Assembly (NCBI GenBank): GCA_019429005.1
Contig: JAHYJR010000002.1
Coordinates: 40,752-104,751 of the forward strand
Direction: 5' to 3'
Source of the DNA: Nanobdellati archaeon
GTDB lineage: Archaea; EX4484-52; GLR71
DNA: 64,000 nucleotides
In this document: positions 10,056 through 20,544 of the stretch, one piece after another
Layout of the letters: every line of letters begins with the position of its first letter
Numbering within the stretch: the first letter of the stretch is position 1
The notes under the pieces: generated by a model
Seen by the model: only the letters and a program-made list of their open reading frames with translations
Told to the model about the DNA's origin: nothing
Databases searched by the model: none
Position numbers and translations under genes: made by a program

Positions 10056-10880
10056 ATGCGAGAACCTATAGCAGGAGGTTTTTATCCTGAAAATAAAGTA
10101 TTTCTTGAAATTATGTTAGATAAATTTATGTTAAAAAAGAATACAAAAAAATCAAATGTTATAGGTGCAGTTGTACCTCATGCAGGATATCTATATTCTG
10201 GAAATACTGCAGCAGAAGTGTATAACAATCTAAAGAAAAAGTATGATTCTGTTATAATTATAGGTCCAGACCATACAGGACTTGCAAAAAGTGTCTCTTT
10301 AAGTGATGAAGATTGGAACACACCGCTAGGTTCTATACAAATTGACATGGATCTTTCAAATAAAATTATCAAAAATTTAGATATTGCATCATTTGATAAC
10401 ACAGCTCATATGTATGAACATTCTATTGAAGTTCAACTTCCAATGCTTCTTAGAGTTCTTGGTAATTTCAAATTTATACCAATTATAATACCTTCAACAA
10501 TATCAGACATGGACACTCTTGAAAAGATTGGACTAGCATTACGAAAATCAATTGGTGATTTAGATGTTCTTGTAATTGCAAGTTCTGATTTTACTCATTT
10601 TGGTCGAGGTTATGGTTTTGTACCAGTTAAAACAGACGAAATAAAATGGATACATAATATGGATAAGACCTTGATAGATGACATAATAAACCTTAATCCA
10701 ATAAAACTAATTGAACATGCAGAATTAACTACAGCCTGTGGTATAGAACCTATATGTGTTATGTTATCTTGTATCAAAAAACAATCAAAAAAAGGAAAAT
10801 GTCTTAAATATACTACTAGTTTTGAAGTTTCAGGTATAAAAAATGCGATTGTTGGATATTCTGGAATCATTTTTGAATAA
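10056..10880 (+). CDS. AmmeMemoRadiSam system protein B (MEMO1 family)
   Basis: REPIAGGFYP, VVPHAGYLYSG, GPDH, EHSIEVQLP, ASSDFTHFG, TACG. Confidence 0.93.
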   Translation: MREPIAGGFYPENKVFLEIMLDKFMLKKNTKKSNVIGAVVPHAGYLYSGNTAAEVYNNLKKKYDSVIIIGPDHTGLAKSVSLSDEDWNTPLGSIQIDMDLSNKIIKNLDIASFDNTAHMYEHSIEVQLPMLLRVLGNFKFIPIIIPSTISDMDTLEKIGLALRKSIGDLDVLVIASSDFTHFGRGYGFVPVKTDEIKWIHNMDKTLIDDIINLNPIKLIEHAELTTACGIEPICVMLSCIKKQSKKGKCLKYTTSFEVSGIKNAIVGYSGIIFE

Positions 10881-10977
10881 AAATTAACCCATTTAAACAC
10901 TCTTATTCTAAGAAAGTTATTTAAACTTTTTTAATATAATATTTAATACTTACTAATTGTAAAAAAGATGATATGTT

Positions 10978-11466
10978 ATGGATACAAAACAAATAAGTTT
11001 TTTAGACAAGTTATATACTTCAGTTACAGAAGAATTAGGTTTTATTTCAGAAAACCATGCTAAATACATTAAGGGTTCATCTCAATTAGATACAATTAAT
11101 CCTATTGAATTAAAAACACTTGATCTCTCATATGATTTTTTTAAAGAACACGCAGCACAGTATGGTATGACAGAACAGGTCGTATCTGAATATCTTAGAA
11201 ATAACGGCTATATAAAATTAAACATAATTGATATTGCAACAGAACAATTAAGTTCATATGGTTTTGCAAATAAAACTGCTATAAAAGAAATTGTTAATTC
11301 GGTCTTAAGAATGTCAGATCAAGAAATAACCTATTTAATAAAATATGGTGCTGATGATAATCCTATAATTAAAAATCTTGTAGATTCTGCACGAATTGAT
11401 GCTGTAGCACCAAGAGATGCTGAAGAGTCAGGAGCAACGTTTGATGTAAGAGAAAGATTATATTAG
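10978..11466 (+). CDS. Hypothetical protein
   Basis: 162-aa ORF with coding-like composition. Confidence 0.65.
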   Translation: MDTKQISFLDKLYTSVTEELGFISENHAKYIKGSSQLDTINPIELKTLDLSYDFFKEHAAQYGMTEQVVSEYLRNNGYIKLNIIDIATEQLSSYGFANKTAIKEIVNSVLRMSDQEITYLIKYGADDNPIIKNLVDSARIDAVAPRDAEESGATFDVRERLY

Positions 11467-11483
11467 AATTACAAGATGGTTTT

Positions 11484-11852
11484 ATGTCAAAATTAGGATT
11501 AAATACAATAAAAGATAGAGAACTTCAAATATATATGGACGCTTTTGATAAAATTCAAGAATATCCTATAACTGATAATACAATTAAAAAATTACCGAAC
11601 TTATTCCATAATAAAGGTATTCAATATATACATGCGTTAACTTATATTGCAGAACAATTAGTTACAGATGAAGGTATTTTTGTAGGAGATCAACATGTTG
11701 AAAAAATAATAAACTATCTTGAACATACACATTCTACACAAATCACAAATCAAAAAATACTTGATGATATTACAAAACAAATCTTAAAAGAAACATATAA
11801 TCAAGATAATATTATTGATAATAATTCTTTTGAAGAGTTTATATATCCATAA
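11484..11852 (+). CDS. Hypothetical protein
   Basis: 122-aa ORF 17 bp after the previous gene. Confidence 0.6.
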   Translation: MSKLGLNTIKDRELQIYMDAFDKIQEYPITDNTIKKLPNLFHNKGIQYIHALTYIAEQLVTDEGIFVGDQHVEKIINYLEHTHSTQITNQKILDDITKQILKETYNQDNIIDNNSFEEFIYP

Positions 11853-12023
11853 TATAGATTTTTTCGTTTTTTATGTGAATTAATCTATACAACAGTTTTA
11901 TATATGAATGAGTCACAATTATATACATATAAATAAACAAATAAATACAAATCATTTCTATAATTATCAAAACATACTAATTATTTTAATTTTGTAAATT
12001 GTAAATATAAAACGGTGATATAA

Positions 12024-13346
12024 ATTAGATTTTATGCGATAGGCGGATATAATGAAGTCGGAAAAAATATGAGTGCTCTTGAAGTCGAAAATGAAGTAGT
12101 CATATTCGATATGGGTGTCCATATGGAAAAGTTAATTGAGCTTAATTCTGAAAAGCTCGATTATACACAGTTAAGTACTGAAAAACTTAAAGCACTTGGT
12201 GTTTTACCAAATGATACCATATTAAATGGTAAGAATGTTATTGCAATTGTAATTTCACACGGTCATCTAGATCATGTAAATGCTATACCAAAACTAGCTG
12301 AAAAATATAATTGTCCTATAATTGGAACACCATACACAATAAAGATTATTGAAAACATTCTTAGAGATCATGGAAAAAAGAAACTTTTAGACAATCTTGT
12401 AGCTATAGAATATGGTGATTTGGCAGAAATCTCAAAAAAAATTCAAATTGAACTTGTCAGAACAACACACAGCATACCAGAACCATCTTTAATTGTAGTA
12501 CACACAAAAGAAGGTATTGCAACAATTGCATATGATTATAAGCTTGATAACACCCCTGTTTTTGGAGAAAAACCGGATTACAAAAGAATCAAAGAAATAG
12601 GAAAAGAAGGTGTAAAACTCCACCTCTCTGAATGTGTCCACGTTGCAGATGAAACTAGAACACCATCTGAAGAAATTGCAAAACATCTTATGAAAGATTC
12701 AATTGACCGTGCATATGAAGGCAACACATCCGTTTTTGTAACAACGTTTGCATCTCATATTGCAAGATTAACTGGTATTATTGAAGCAAATCAAAATCGT
12801 AGAAAAATCGTATTTCTTGGAAGGTCCCTTGATAATTACACAAGACCTGCTAAAGAATTAAACCTTATTGATTTATCTGATATTACAATTGAAGGACGAC
12901 CTAAAGGTGTAACTAAAGTTTTAAGTGATGTTGAAAAAAATCCGACACAATATCTTGTAGTATGTACAGGTAATCAAGGTGAACCTAATTCGGTTTTATC
13001 AAGAATATCAAATAAACAATACACTTTCAATTTCAGAAAAGAAGATCAAGTAATTTTCTCTTCAACTGTAATACCAAGTCCACTCAATAGAGCTAGTAGA
13101 TATACACTTGAACGTAATCTTAAATCTCAAGGCGTGAGAATCATTAAAGATGTACATGTCTCAGGTCATGCTATGCGTGAAGATCATAGAGACCTTATAC
13201 GAATGCTTAACCCAACACATATTATACCATGCCACGGTGAAACAGAACGTCTTGCAAACTTTGCAAGTCTTGCTGAAGAAGAAGGTTATGTTTTAGGTAG
13301 TACTGTGCATATATTAACAAACGGACGATATATTGATCTGAAATAA
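12024..13346 (+). CDS. rnj: Ribonuclease J (beta-CASP metallo-beta-lactamase), probable ATT start
   Basis: SHGHLDH, THSIP, TGNQGEP, HVSGH, PCHG. The conserved N-terminal GGYNEVGKNM lies upstream of the first ATG (12069), in frame from ATT 12024. Confidence 0.92.
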   Translation: MRFYAIGGYNEVGKNMSALEVENEVVIFDMGVHMEKLIELNSEKLDYTQLSTEKLKALGVLPNDTILNGKNVIAIVISHGHLDHVNAIPKLAEKYNCPIIGTPYTIKIIENILRDHGKKKLLDNLVAIEYGDLAEISKKIQIELVRTTHSIPEPSLIVVHTKEGIATIAYDYKLDNTPVFGEKPDYKRIKEIGKEGVKLHLSECVHVADETRTPSEEIAKHLMKDSIDRAYEGNTSVFVTTFASHIARLTGIIEANQNRRKIVFLGRSLDNYTRPAKELNLIDLSDITIEGRPKGVTKVLSDVEKNPTQYLVVCTGNQGEPNSVLSRISNKQYTFNFRKEDQVIFSSTVIPSPLNRASRYTLERNLKSQGVRIIKDVHVSGHAMREDHRDLIRMLNPTHIIPCHGETERLANFASLAEEEGYVLGSTVHILTNGRYIDLK

Positions 13347-13417
13347 TTAATTTATTTCAGAACTTTTTCATTTTTTTTCTTTTTAACCTTTTTATAGAAT
13401 AATAACCAAATAAATAT

Positions 13418-13747
13418 ATGTTTGGTATACCAATTGAATCTTTTTTAATTGCAATAGTTCTAATTATTTCAGCTATACCTCTATATTTTTCAATCAAATT
13501 ATTAGGTGGACAAGCATCGTTTCTAAAAGTTATTCTAGTGAATCTTGCTGCGGGTTTAATACTATCAGTCTTTGAATTGATTTTAGGTGTCGGTGGTATT
13601 TTAGGATTTGTAATATTAATTTTTATATATAAAGAAATGTTTGATATGACTTACATTGGTGCATTCCTAGCTTGGTTATTACAATTTATAATTGCATTAA
13701 TACTAATTTTAATTTTTATTGTAATTGGAATTAGTGTAATTATATAG
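13418..13747 (+). CDS. Hypothetical membrane protein
   Basis: 109 aa with about four TM segments; TATA-like box about 25 nt upstream. Confidence 0.7.
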   Translation: MFGIPIESFLIAIVLIISAIPLYFSIKLLGGQASFLKVILVNLAAGLILSVFELILGVGGILGFVILIFIYKEMFDMTYIGAFLAWLLQFIIALILILIFIVIGISVII

Positions 13748-13781
13748 ATACTTTTTAATACTTGTTTTTAGAAATAATATT

Positions 13782-15455
13782 ATGTCTAAATCGATCGAAC
13801 AATTCATAAAAGAACAAGCATTGCTTAATGCAATTGAATATTCTGGAAAAGCGAACCCTAAAGCACTAATAAGTCGTGTAATCGGAGAATATCAAGAATA
13901 CAAATCAAAAATGAAAGAACTTATACCTCTAATTGAAAAAATTGTATCTGAAATCAATTCAATGTCTTCTAATGAACAAGCAAATGAAATCGAAAAATTA
14001 GGTGTTAAACTTAAAAAAAAACCAATAAAAAAAGACCTTTCAGATTTACCTGATGCAATAGATGGTAAAGTTATAATGAGATTTGCTCCAAATCCAAATG
14101 GTTCATTATCGTTAGGACATGCAAGACAATTGATACTTAATTGGCTTTATTCTAAAAGATATAATGGTAAATTTGTATTACGTCTTGATGATACTGATGC
14201 AAAAATAAAAACACCAATAAAAGAAGCATATAAATGGATTGAAGATGATGCTAAATGGCTTGGCATAATACCTGATGTTATTGTTAAAGCTTCAGATAGA
14301 TTTGATATCTATTATGATTATGCAAAAAAATTAATTGAAATGGATAAAGCGTATGTCTGTACTTGTGAAGCTGAAGAATTCAGAAAATTAAAAGCATCAG
14401 CTATAGCCTGTAAGTGTCGTGTTTTATCTTCAAAAGAGAATCTTAACCGTTGGAACAATATGTTTACAACCTATAAAGAAGGTGATGCTGTACTTAGAAT
14501 TAAAACAGACATAAAACATAAAAATCCAGCATTAAGAGATTGGCCTGCATTTAGGATAATAGATAACCCAAAACACCCCTACCTTAATGTAAAAGTATGG
14601 CCACTTTATGATTTCGCATCATCTATTGATGATCATCTTTTAGGTATTACACACATCATCCGTGGTATTGATTTTGTTGTAACTGAACAAAAACAAGGGT
14701 ACTTATATAAATATTTTAATTGGATATATCCAAAAAATCTAGTTACAGGAAAATTATTGGTTTCAGGTGTTAAAAGTACAACAGAATCACGAAGATTAAT
14801 AGCTGAAGGTGTATTTACTGGTTGGAATGACCTTAGACTTGGCAATTTAAAATCACTTCAAAGACGAGGATTTTGTCCTCAAGCAATTATAGATTTTATA
14901 AAAGCTATTGGAACAACTAAAGGCGATGTTAATATCTCGCTTGAAAACCTTTATGCTGTAAACAAAAAATACATTGATCCTGTCTCTGATAGATACTTTT
15001 TTGTTGCAAATCCAATCAAAATGGAAATTAAAGGTATAGATAAATATACAGCTGAACTTGTCAAGCATCCTGATAATAACTCACGTGGCACTCGTAAGAT
15101 TAAAATGAATGGTCCTGTTTTAGTATCAACTGATGACATTGAACTGTTTAAAAGCGGAAAAAAGATTAGACTAAAAGGACTTTTCAACATAATAATCAAA
15201 TCAGTATCAAAAGATCTAATTATTGCGGAATTTGTTTCACAAGAAATAGACAAAACAATACCGATAATACATTGGGTGCCTAATAAAGATAATATTGAAG
15301 CAGAAGTTATTATGCCTGATATGATATCAATCAAAGGAAATCTTGAGAATAATTGTAAAAATCTAAAAACTGGCACAATGATTCAACTTGAAAGATTTGG
15401 TTTTGCTAATCTTGAAAATAAAAAACCGTTTAGGTTCATATATACGCATAAATGA
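13782..15455 (+). CDS. gltX: Glutamate--tRNA ligase (archaeal type)
   Basis: RFAPNPNGSLSLGH, LRLDDTD, WPLYDFASSIDDH, THIIRG, QLERFGF. Confidence 0.96.
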   Translation: MSKSIEQFIKEQALLNAIEYSGKANPKALISRVIGEYQEYKSKMKELIPLIEKIVSEINSMSSNEQANEIEKLGVKLKKKPIKKDLSDLPDAIDGKVIMRFAPNPNGSLSLGHARQLILNWLYSKRYNGKFVLRLDDTDAKIKTPIKEAYKWIEDDAKWLGIIPDVIVKASDRFDIYYDYAKKLIEMDKAYVCTCEAEEFRKLKASAIACKCRVLSSKENLNRWNNMFTTYKEGDAVLRIKTDIKHKNPALRDWPAFRIIDNPKHPYLNVKVWPLYDFASSIDDHLLGITHIIRGIDFVVTEQKQGYLYKYFNWIYPKNLVTGKLLVSGVKSTTESRRLIAEGVFTGWNDLRLGNLKSLQRRGFCPQAIIDFIKAIGTTKGDVNISLENLYAVNKKYIDPVSDRYFFVANPIKMEIKGIDKYTAELVKHPDNNSRGTRKIKMNGPVLVSTDDIELFKSGKKIRLKGLFNIIIKSVSKDLIIAEFVSQEIDKTIPIIHWVPNKDNIEAEVIMPDMISIKGNLENNCKNLKTGTMIQLERFGFANLENKKPFRFIYTHK

Positions 15456-15901
15456 TTTTAATGAAACAGATATTATTTTTGGCTCTACTATTATTTGTAT
15501 CTTTTATAAATATTGATACAGCCTTTGCTGCATCTGCATCATTTGATGAGTATTACTTCAATCCATCTACTGATGAATGCATCAATCATTGGCGAGGTAA
15601 TGATTATACAAAATTTCCTATACCAGATAATTTCTACTTCTCAGGATATAATGACCCAAATTGCACACAACTAGAATTCAATCTTAAAGAATATAATACA
15701 TGTATATCTCTTAACGGCGAGTATATATTGAAATATAACTTTTATTACAAATGTTTCATATATGAAACAAAAACAATTGATATTGAAACAGACAAATTAA
15801 AAAAGAATATTGGTTCTTATCTACTTAAAGGCGTATCATTTTTATTTTTTATCCTTATTGTAAGCATATTTATTGACAGAGTTAATAAACATTTTATATG
15901 A
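15452..15901 (+). CDS. Hypothetical exported or membrane-anchored protein
   Basis: Signal-peptide-like N-terminus (AFA-A), four Cys, C-terminal TM; ATGA overlap with gltX. Confidence 0.6.
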   Translation: MILMKQILFLALLLFVSFINIDTAFAASASFDEYYFNPSTDECINHWRGNDYTKFPIPDNFYFSGYNDPNCTQLEFNLKEYNTCISLNGEYILKYNFYYKCFIYETKTIDIETDKLKKNIGSYLLKGVSFLFFILIVSIFIDRVNKHFI

Positions 15902-15912
15902 GCTGGGGGTTA

Positions 15913-16379
15913 ATCAATCAACCAAAAACCCAAACAATAATTGCCCATAACTATACTTTGATTTTGGATTTATATCCTCAAGATAACCCACTTTCTTAAA
16001 ACCTCTTTTTTTATAGAATTCAATAGCTTTATTACCATCATAATCTCCAGTTCCTACATGAATCATTGATATTTTTCATTTACACAATAATTAATAAGAT
16101 GTTCTATCAACAAAGTTCCAAACCCTTGACCTTGATATTCAGATCTAATTGCTAATTCTTCAATTATTACAGAACCTTGAAATGGTGTATCAAAAAGATG
16201 TTTCTCAAAATACAAATGCACTATATATTCAGTCTTATTTTCAAAAAAAAAATATTTTTTTGCTTAACACACATCTCAAAAAAATCATTATGCTTTGAAA
16301 ATACTATTTTTGGAAATACGTCTTTAAAAGTTTTAATGTAATCAATTTTATCAATTTTCTTAAAAAAACGTATTTTCAT
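15913..16379 (-). pseudogene. GNAT acetyltransferase pseudogene
   Basis: Motif A ELAIRSEYQGQGFGTLLIE and motif B NKAIEFYKKRGFKKVG lie in different frames; several frameshifts. Confidence 0.8.
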
Positions 16380-16479
16380 ACTAATTATTAAATTAAATAT
16401 TATAAATAAATCAAAATAATCTATCTAAATAATAATAAAACCAATAAAACTATAAAAATTTACTATTAAACATACACAT

Positions 16480-16956
16480 ATGGGTCAATTAGGTCAATTT
16501 ATTATGGATAAATCGGGAATAAGAACATTTGAAGTTTCAGACAAATCTTTACAGAAACATCTTTTAGAAGCAAAAACAAATTCAAACGCCTTTAGAGTAT
16601 ATCGTATAATTAAAGATAATGATTCTGATTATAAAATAGTGAAAGATCTTTGTAATCCTGTTGAATTTAAATACAAAATTGAAGAATTTGATGGTTACCC
16701 TGTAGAATTTCTCACATATGAACCTAGACCAATGAAACATCCAAGGATACGAACATTTAAGGATACTTATCTTGAACTTGATATTATTGACAAAATTATT
16801 ATACCTTCAAAAAGGATAATTGGACGCTCTTTTGGTCAAGATGCAATTCAACCTTTCTATTATATAGGTACTGAAGAAACTTTCATTTATGAACTGGATT
16901 ATGAGGTTGAATATCTCATATATAGATATGATATAATTAAAAGACACATTTCATAA
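16480..16956 (+). CDS. Hypothetical protein
   Basis: 158-aa ORF. Confidence 0.6.
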   Translation: MGQLGQFIMDKSGIRTFEVSDKSLQKHLLEAKTNSNAFRVYRIIKDNDSDYKIVKDLCNPVEFKYKIEEFDGYPVEFLTYEPRPMKHPRIRTFKDTYLELDIIDKIIIPSKRIIGRSFGQDAIQPFYYIGTEETFIYELDYEVEYLIYRYDIIKRHIS

Positions 16957-17002
16957 ATAATTTTTTTTTTAATAATAATACATATTATAAAAATAAGACA
17001 AA

Positions 17003-17389
17003 TTACACTTTAACATTAAAAAAACCAAGCTGACCTTTCTGATCTATCGGTTTATCAAATACCTGCACATTCTTAAGGACAAAACCATATATAGGTGTTT
17101 TAACAAAATGTTCAGAAAGATGTCTATATTTATCGTCCAAAAAAGAATCCGCAGAAGCATACATAATTACATCTTTTAATACTGCAGAGCCTAAAATCGC
17201 ACCAATCTTAAACGTTTTAATATCAAGATTAAACTGTTTAGCATATTGCTTATCAATTGTTTTTGATGCATGGATTAAGAACCGTCCTCGAAATTTTGTG
17301 TTCCATGTCCGCAATTCAATCGTTTTTTTACAAGATAATATCAGTTCAACCCATGGTTGTCGTATAGAAAGTGCTTTCATTTGAATCAT
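17003..17389 (-). CDS. ASCH domain protein
   Basis: KALSIRQPW...KKTIELRTWNTKFRG..LIHAS...GAILG...KGQLGFF. Confidence 0.9.
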   Translation of the reverse strand: MIQMKALSIRQPWVELILSCKKTIELRTWNTKFRGRFLIHASKTIDKQYAKQFNLDIKTFKIGAILGSAVLKDVIMYASADSFLDDKYRHLSEHFVKTPIYGFVLKNVQVFDKPIDQKGQLGFFNVKV

Positions 17390-17442
17390 ATATATTTTGT
17401 TTAAAGGATTTATTAATTAAAGAATATAATAAAATAAAAAAA

Positions 17443-17810
17443 TTAAATACAATATTCCAAAAAAACACATTTTTTATCTGTTCCAATCTCTTTAAAGCCC
17501 ATTGATTTCCATACTGTTAAAGCAATAATATTATTAGAATATACATTTGTTTTAATTATCTTAACATTATTTGTGTTGAACCAATTAAGAACCATATTAA
17601 ATAAGACTTTAACTATACCTTTATTTCGATATTCCAAAATGATAAAAGTACTCGATAAGATTCCAACATCATTTTTAATATAAGATTCACAAAAACCAAC
17701 TGGTTTATTATCTTCATAAGCGATAAGATAAAGTGTATTATTATCAGATATTGCTTTTTTAATATTTTGTTTATATTTTTTTATTGTTTCATCATTTTTA
17801 TCAAAAAGTT
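17443..17810 (-). pseudogene. GNAT acetyltransferase, N-terminally disrupted
   Basis: Open frame LIAYEDNKPVGF...FIILEYRNKGIVK...VYSNNIIALTVWKSMGFKE, with no in-frame N-terminal start. Confidence 0.65.
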
Positions 17811-18043
17811 AGATCTTGACGAATAAAATACATATTGTTTCCAACCATAAAATTTTAAAGGTATTTAAACATAACGTAATAAGCATAATATTGTTTAAAA
17901 TTAATATATAATTAATTAAAAACACATATTATTTTGTTATTTATAAATAGTAACTTTTATATAGTTATCTATATCAAATATTAAAACGATTATTAATTAA
18001 ATAATAAACATATCAAATTAAAACGATTAAAAAGGTACTTTAA

Positions 18044-18346
18044 ATGGAAAATAAAAATATATACGATATTCAGGAAGACGTATTTATACCGTTTTTTGAT
18101 TATCTAGATCAATTACAAGATATACAAATAATTCAAAATGATTATATAACATGGAGTAATCTTAGAGAATCATTATATCAAGCACATTTAAACAAAAAAT
18201 GGGATTTAGACCTAAAAAAGAAAGATGATATTTTAAAACAAAGAGATATTAAATCATGTCGAGACATGTTTACATATTTTAATAATATTGATAAACCAGC
18301 AACATATAGCGAAATGTTCGATCATCTTGATAATCTTTTAAATTAA
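18044..18346 (+). CDS. Hypothetical protein
   Basis: 100-aa ORF, AAGGT SD. Confidence 0.6.
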   Translation: MENKNIYDIQEDVFIPFFDYLDQLQDIQIIQNDYITWSNLRESLYQAHLNKKWDLDLKKKDDILKQRDIKSCRDMFTYFNNIDKPATYSEMFDHLDNLLN

Positions 18347-18509
18347 TTAATCAAATAAAAATAATATAATATTATATTTATCGTATTTATAATTATTTTT
18401 TAAAATTTCTAAATATAAATCTTCTTAACAAGACTTTTATTTATATTATCATAATTTTAGTTATATCAATAATTAGAACATATATACAGTTCAAAAATAT
18501 AACAGGATA

Positions 18510-19829
18510 ATGGATAATATGAAACGTTTTTTTGAAAAACTCTTTGGTAAAAGAGAACCTATTGAAAAAGAATCACATAAACAAGTTAAAGTTAATCTTA
18601 ATTTAAATAATATCCTAAAATTTATTGAAGATGAAACCTCTGAATTTTCAAATAAAATTAATGATTCAATAAAGACATCTTTTGATCAAATTAAGACTCT
18701 TTTAGATGAATTAGAAATCAATTTAGATATTCTAGAAAAAGCTAAATCTGAAAAAGATGTTGATGATCGGCCAAAAATGTTTGCGTTAGACCATAGAATT
18801 GCTTTTATAAAAAGAGTACAGAGTTTTAAAAATACAATTAAACTTCCCGAAAGTGAAAATACTCAAAAAGTTTTTGAATTTAATAATCTCCTAATTGATG
18901 AATTAAACAATCTAATCAAAGACACAGCAAAAAACATATATTTTACAAAAATCTTGTTTTCAGAAGAAATTTCGGGTGTAGCGAGTACTTTGAAAAAAAT
19001 AAGTGGTTCTATAGACCAATCCAAAAAATATTTAGATGAAAACCGAGATAAAATTAAATTAATTATAGATATTAAAAAAAACATAACAGATATGGATAAT
19101 CAAATTAATATTAAGCAAACTGAAAATGATAATTTAAAACAACACAAATTAAATCTTATTAAACTAGAAGATGAAGAAAAAAAGATACATCATGATTTAA
19201 CACAATTAGATAAAAGCGGAGAATTGACTGATTTAAAGCAAAAACAAGCAAAATTAGACACTCTCAAAAAGGATATTGATGAATCAAAAACATATATCTT
19301 ACAAATGTTTTCCCCTATTATGAAAGCTTTGAAGAAATTTGAAAGATACACCACAGGACTCACAAAAGATGAAATACAAATCTTAGATACCTATATTGAA
19401 CATCCATCTGAGGGTCTGCTTATTGATACACATTTAAAAACACTTGATAAGATTCTTGAAAATATTGAAAGTTTAATTAATACAGATCAAATTCAATTAA
19501 AAGACAAACTAAAAGAAAAAGCGATTACACAAATTGAAAAATTTAAAAAACATTCTGAACTGGAATATTTTAAAACCAAATCTAAAACAACACAAGAAAC
19601 GATTAAAACTCTTGAAAATGAAATAAAAACAAATAAAACAAGTCATAAAATTGAATCAATAAGAACAAAATTCCAAGATATAAAAAACAAAATCAAAGAC
19701 GAAAAACAAGATATAGATAAACTTGAAGAGTATTTAAAAACACTTAATAATGACATTTCTGAGAAGATAAAAGAGTTAGAATCAGACCTTAAAGACATTT
19801 CAGATAAAACTGTAACAATTAAATTTTAA
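18510..19829 (+). CDS. Long coiled-coil hypothetical protein
   Basis: K/E-rich heptad pattern over about 400 aa; no ATPase motifs. Confidence 0.75.
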   Translation: MDNMKRFFEKLFGKREPIEKESHKQVKVNLNLNNILKFIEDETSEFSNKINDSIKTSFDQIKTLLDELEINLDILEKAKSEKDVDDRPKMFALDHRIAFIKRVQSFKNTIKLPESENTQKVFEFNNLLIDELNNLIKDTAKNIYFTKILFSEEISGVASTLKKISGSIDQSKKYLDENRDKIKLIIDIKKNITDMDNQINIKQTENDNLKQHKLNLIKLEDEEKKIHHDLTQLDKSGELTDLKQKQAKLDTLKKDIDESKTYILQMFSPIMKALKKFERYTTGLTKDEIQILDTYIEHPSEGLLIDTHLKTLDKILENIESLINTDQIQLKDKLKEKAITQIEKFKKHSELEYFKTKSKTTQETIKTLENEIKTNKTSHKIESIRTKFQDIKNKIKDEKQDIDKLEEYLKTLNNDISEKIKELESDLKDISDKTVTIKF

Positions 19830-19832
19830 AAA

Positions 19833-20480
19833 TTATATAGAATTTATTAACTCATTCTCTATTGATTTAACATACGATATAAATACATTTGTAAATGGTC
19901 CAGAAGAAACCTGTCCTTTAGATTCTCGTTTAACAAGGCCATAATTAGATAAATCATTCAAATGGACATTAACAGACATTTTTGTAAGACCTGTCTCACC
20001 CATTATATCTTTAACATTTGTTGACAATATAGTTATAATATAATTATAATTAATATCCTTTGTACCTATACGAATTAAGTCCAAGGCAAACTGATTAAGA
20101 TTACTATCATATACGTCATAACAAAAAGGATTCAAATATTTATCGAGACTTTTGTTTTTTATCTCAGATTTTAAAGAGTCGAAAGAGGCCATAAATACAT
20201 CTGTAAATGGTCCAGAAGAAACCGGTCCTTTAGATTCTCGTTTAACAAGGCCATAATTACCCAAATCATTCAAACGAATATTAACAGGCATTTTTGTAAG
20301 ACCTGTAATATTCATTATATTATCAATTTTAGTTGGTAAGTTAGTTATAATAGAATAATTAATTTCTTTTGTACCCATACGAATTAAATCTAAGGTTAAC
20401 TCATTAAAAGCAGCACATAATACTTCAGATTCATCATACACATAATTAAACTTTTGAGAATTACAATCATCTATAAACAT
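19833..20480 (-). CDS. Tandem-duplicated winged-helix protein
   Basis: Two ~104-aa copies (TGLTKMxVNxxLNDLxNYGLVKRESKG); nucleotide repeat period 312 bp. Confidence 0.75.
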   Translation of the reverse strand: MFIDDCNSQKFNYVYDESEVLCAAFNELTLDLIRMGTKEINYSIITNLPTKIDNIMNITGLTKMPVNIRLNDLGNYGLVKRESKGPVSSGPFTDVFMASFDSLKSEIKNKSLDKYLNPFCYDVYDSNLNQFALDLIRIGTKDINYNYIITILSTNVKDIMGETGLTKMSVNVHLNDLSNYGLVKRESKGQVSSGPFTNVFISYVKSIENELINSI

Positions 20481-20544
20481 GTTTTTTATACACCCATTAC
20501 TAATGATTTTAAAAAAATTTAAAAAATATAGATTAAGTAAAAAC

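Noticed and set aside
18510-19829. SMC/Rad50-like ATPase
   Set aside because: Coiled-coil only; no Walker motifs, hinge or zinc hook.
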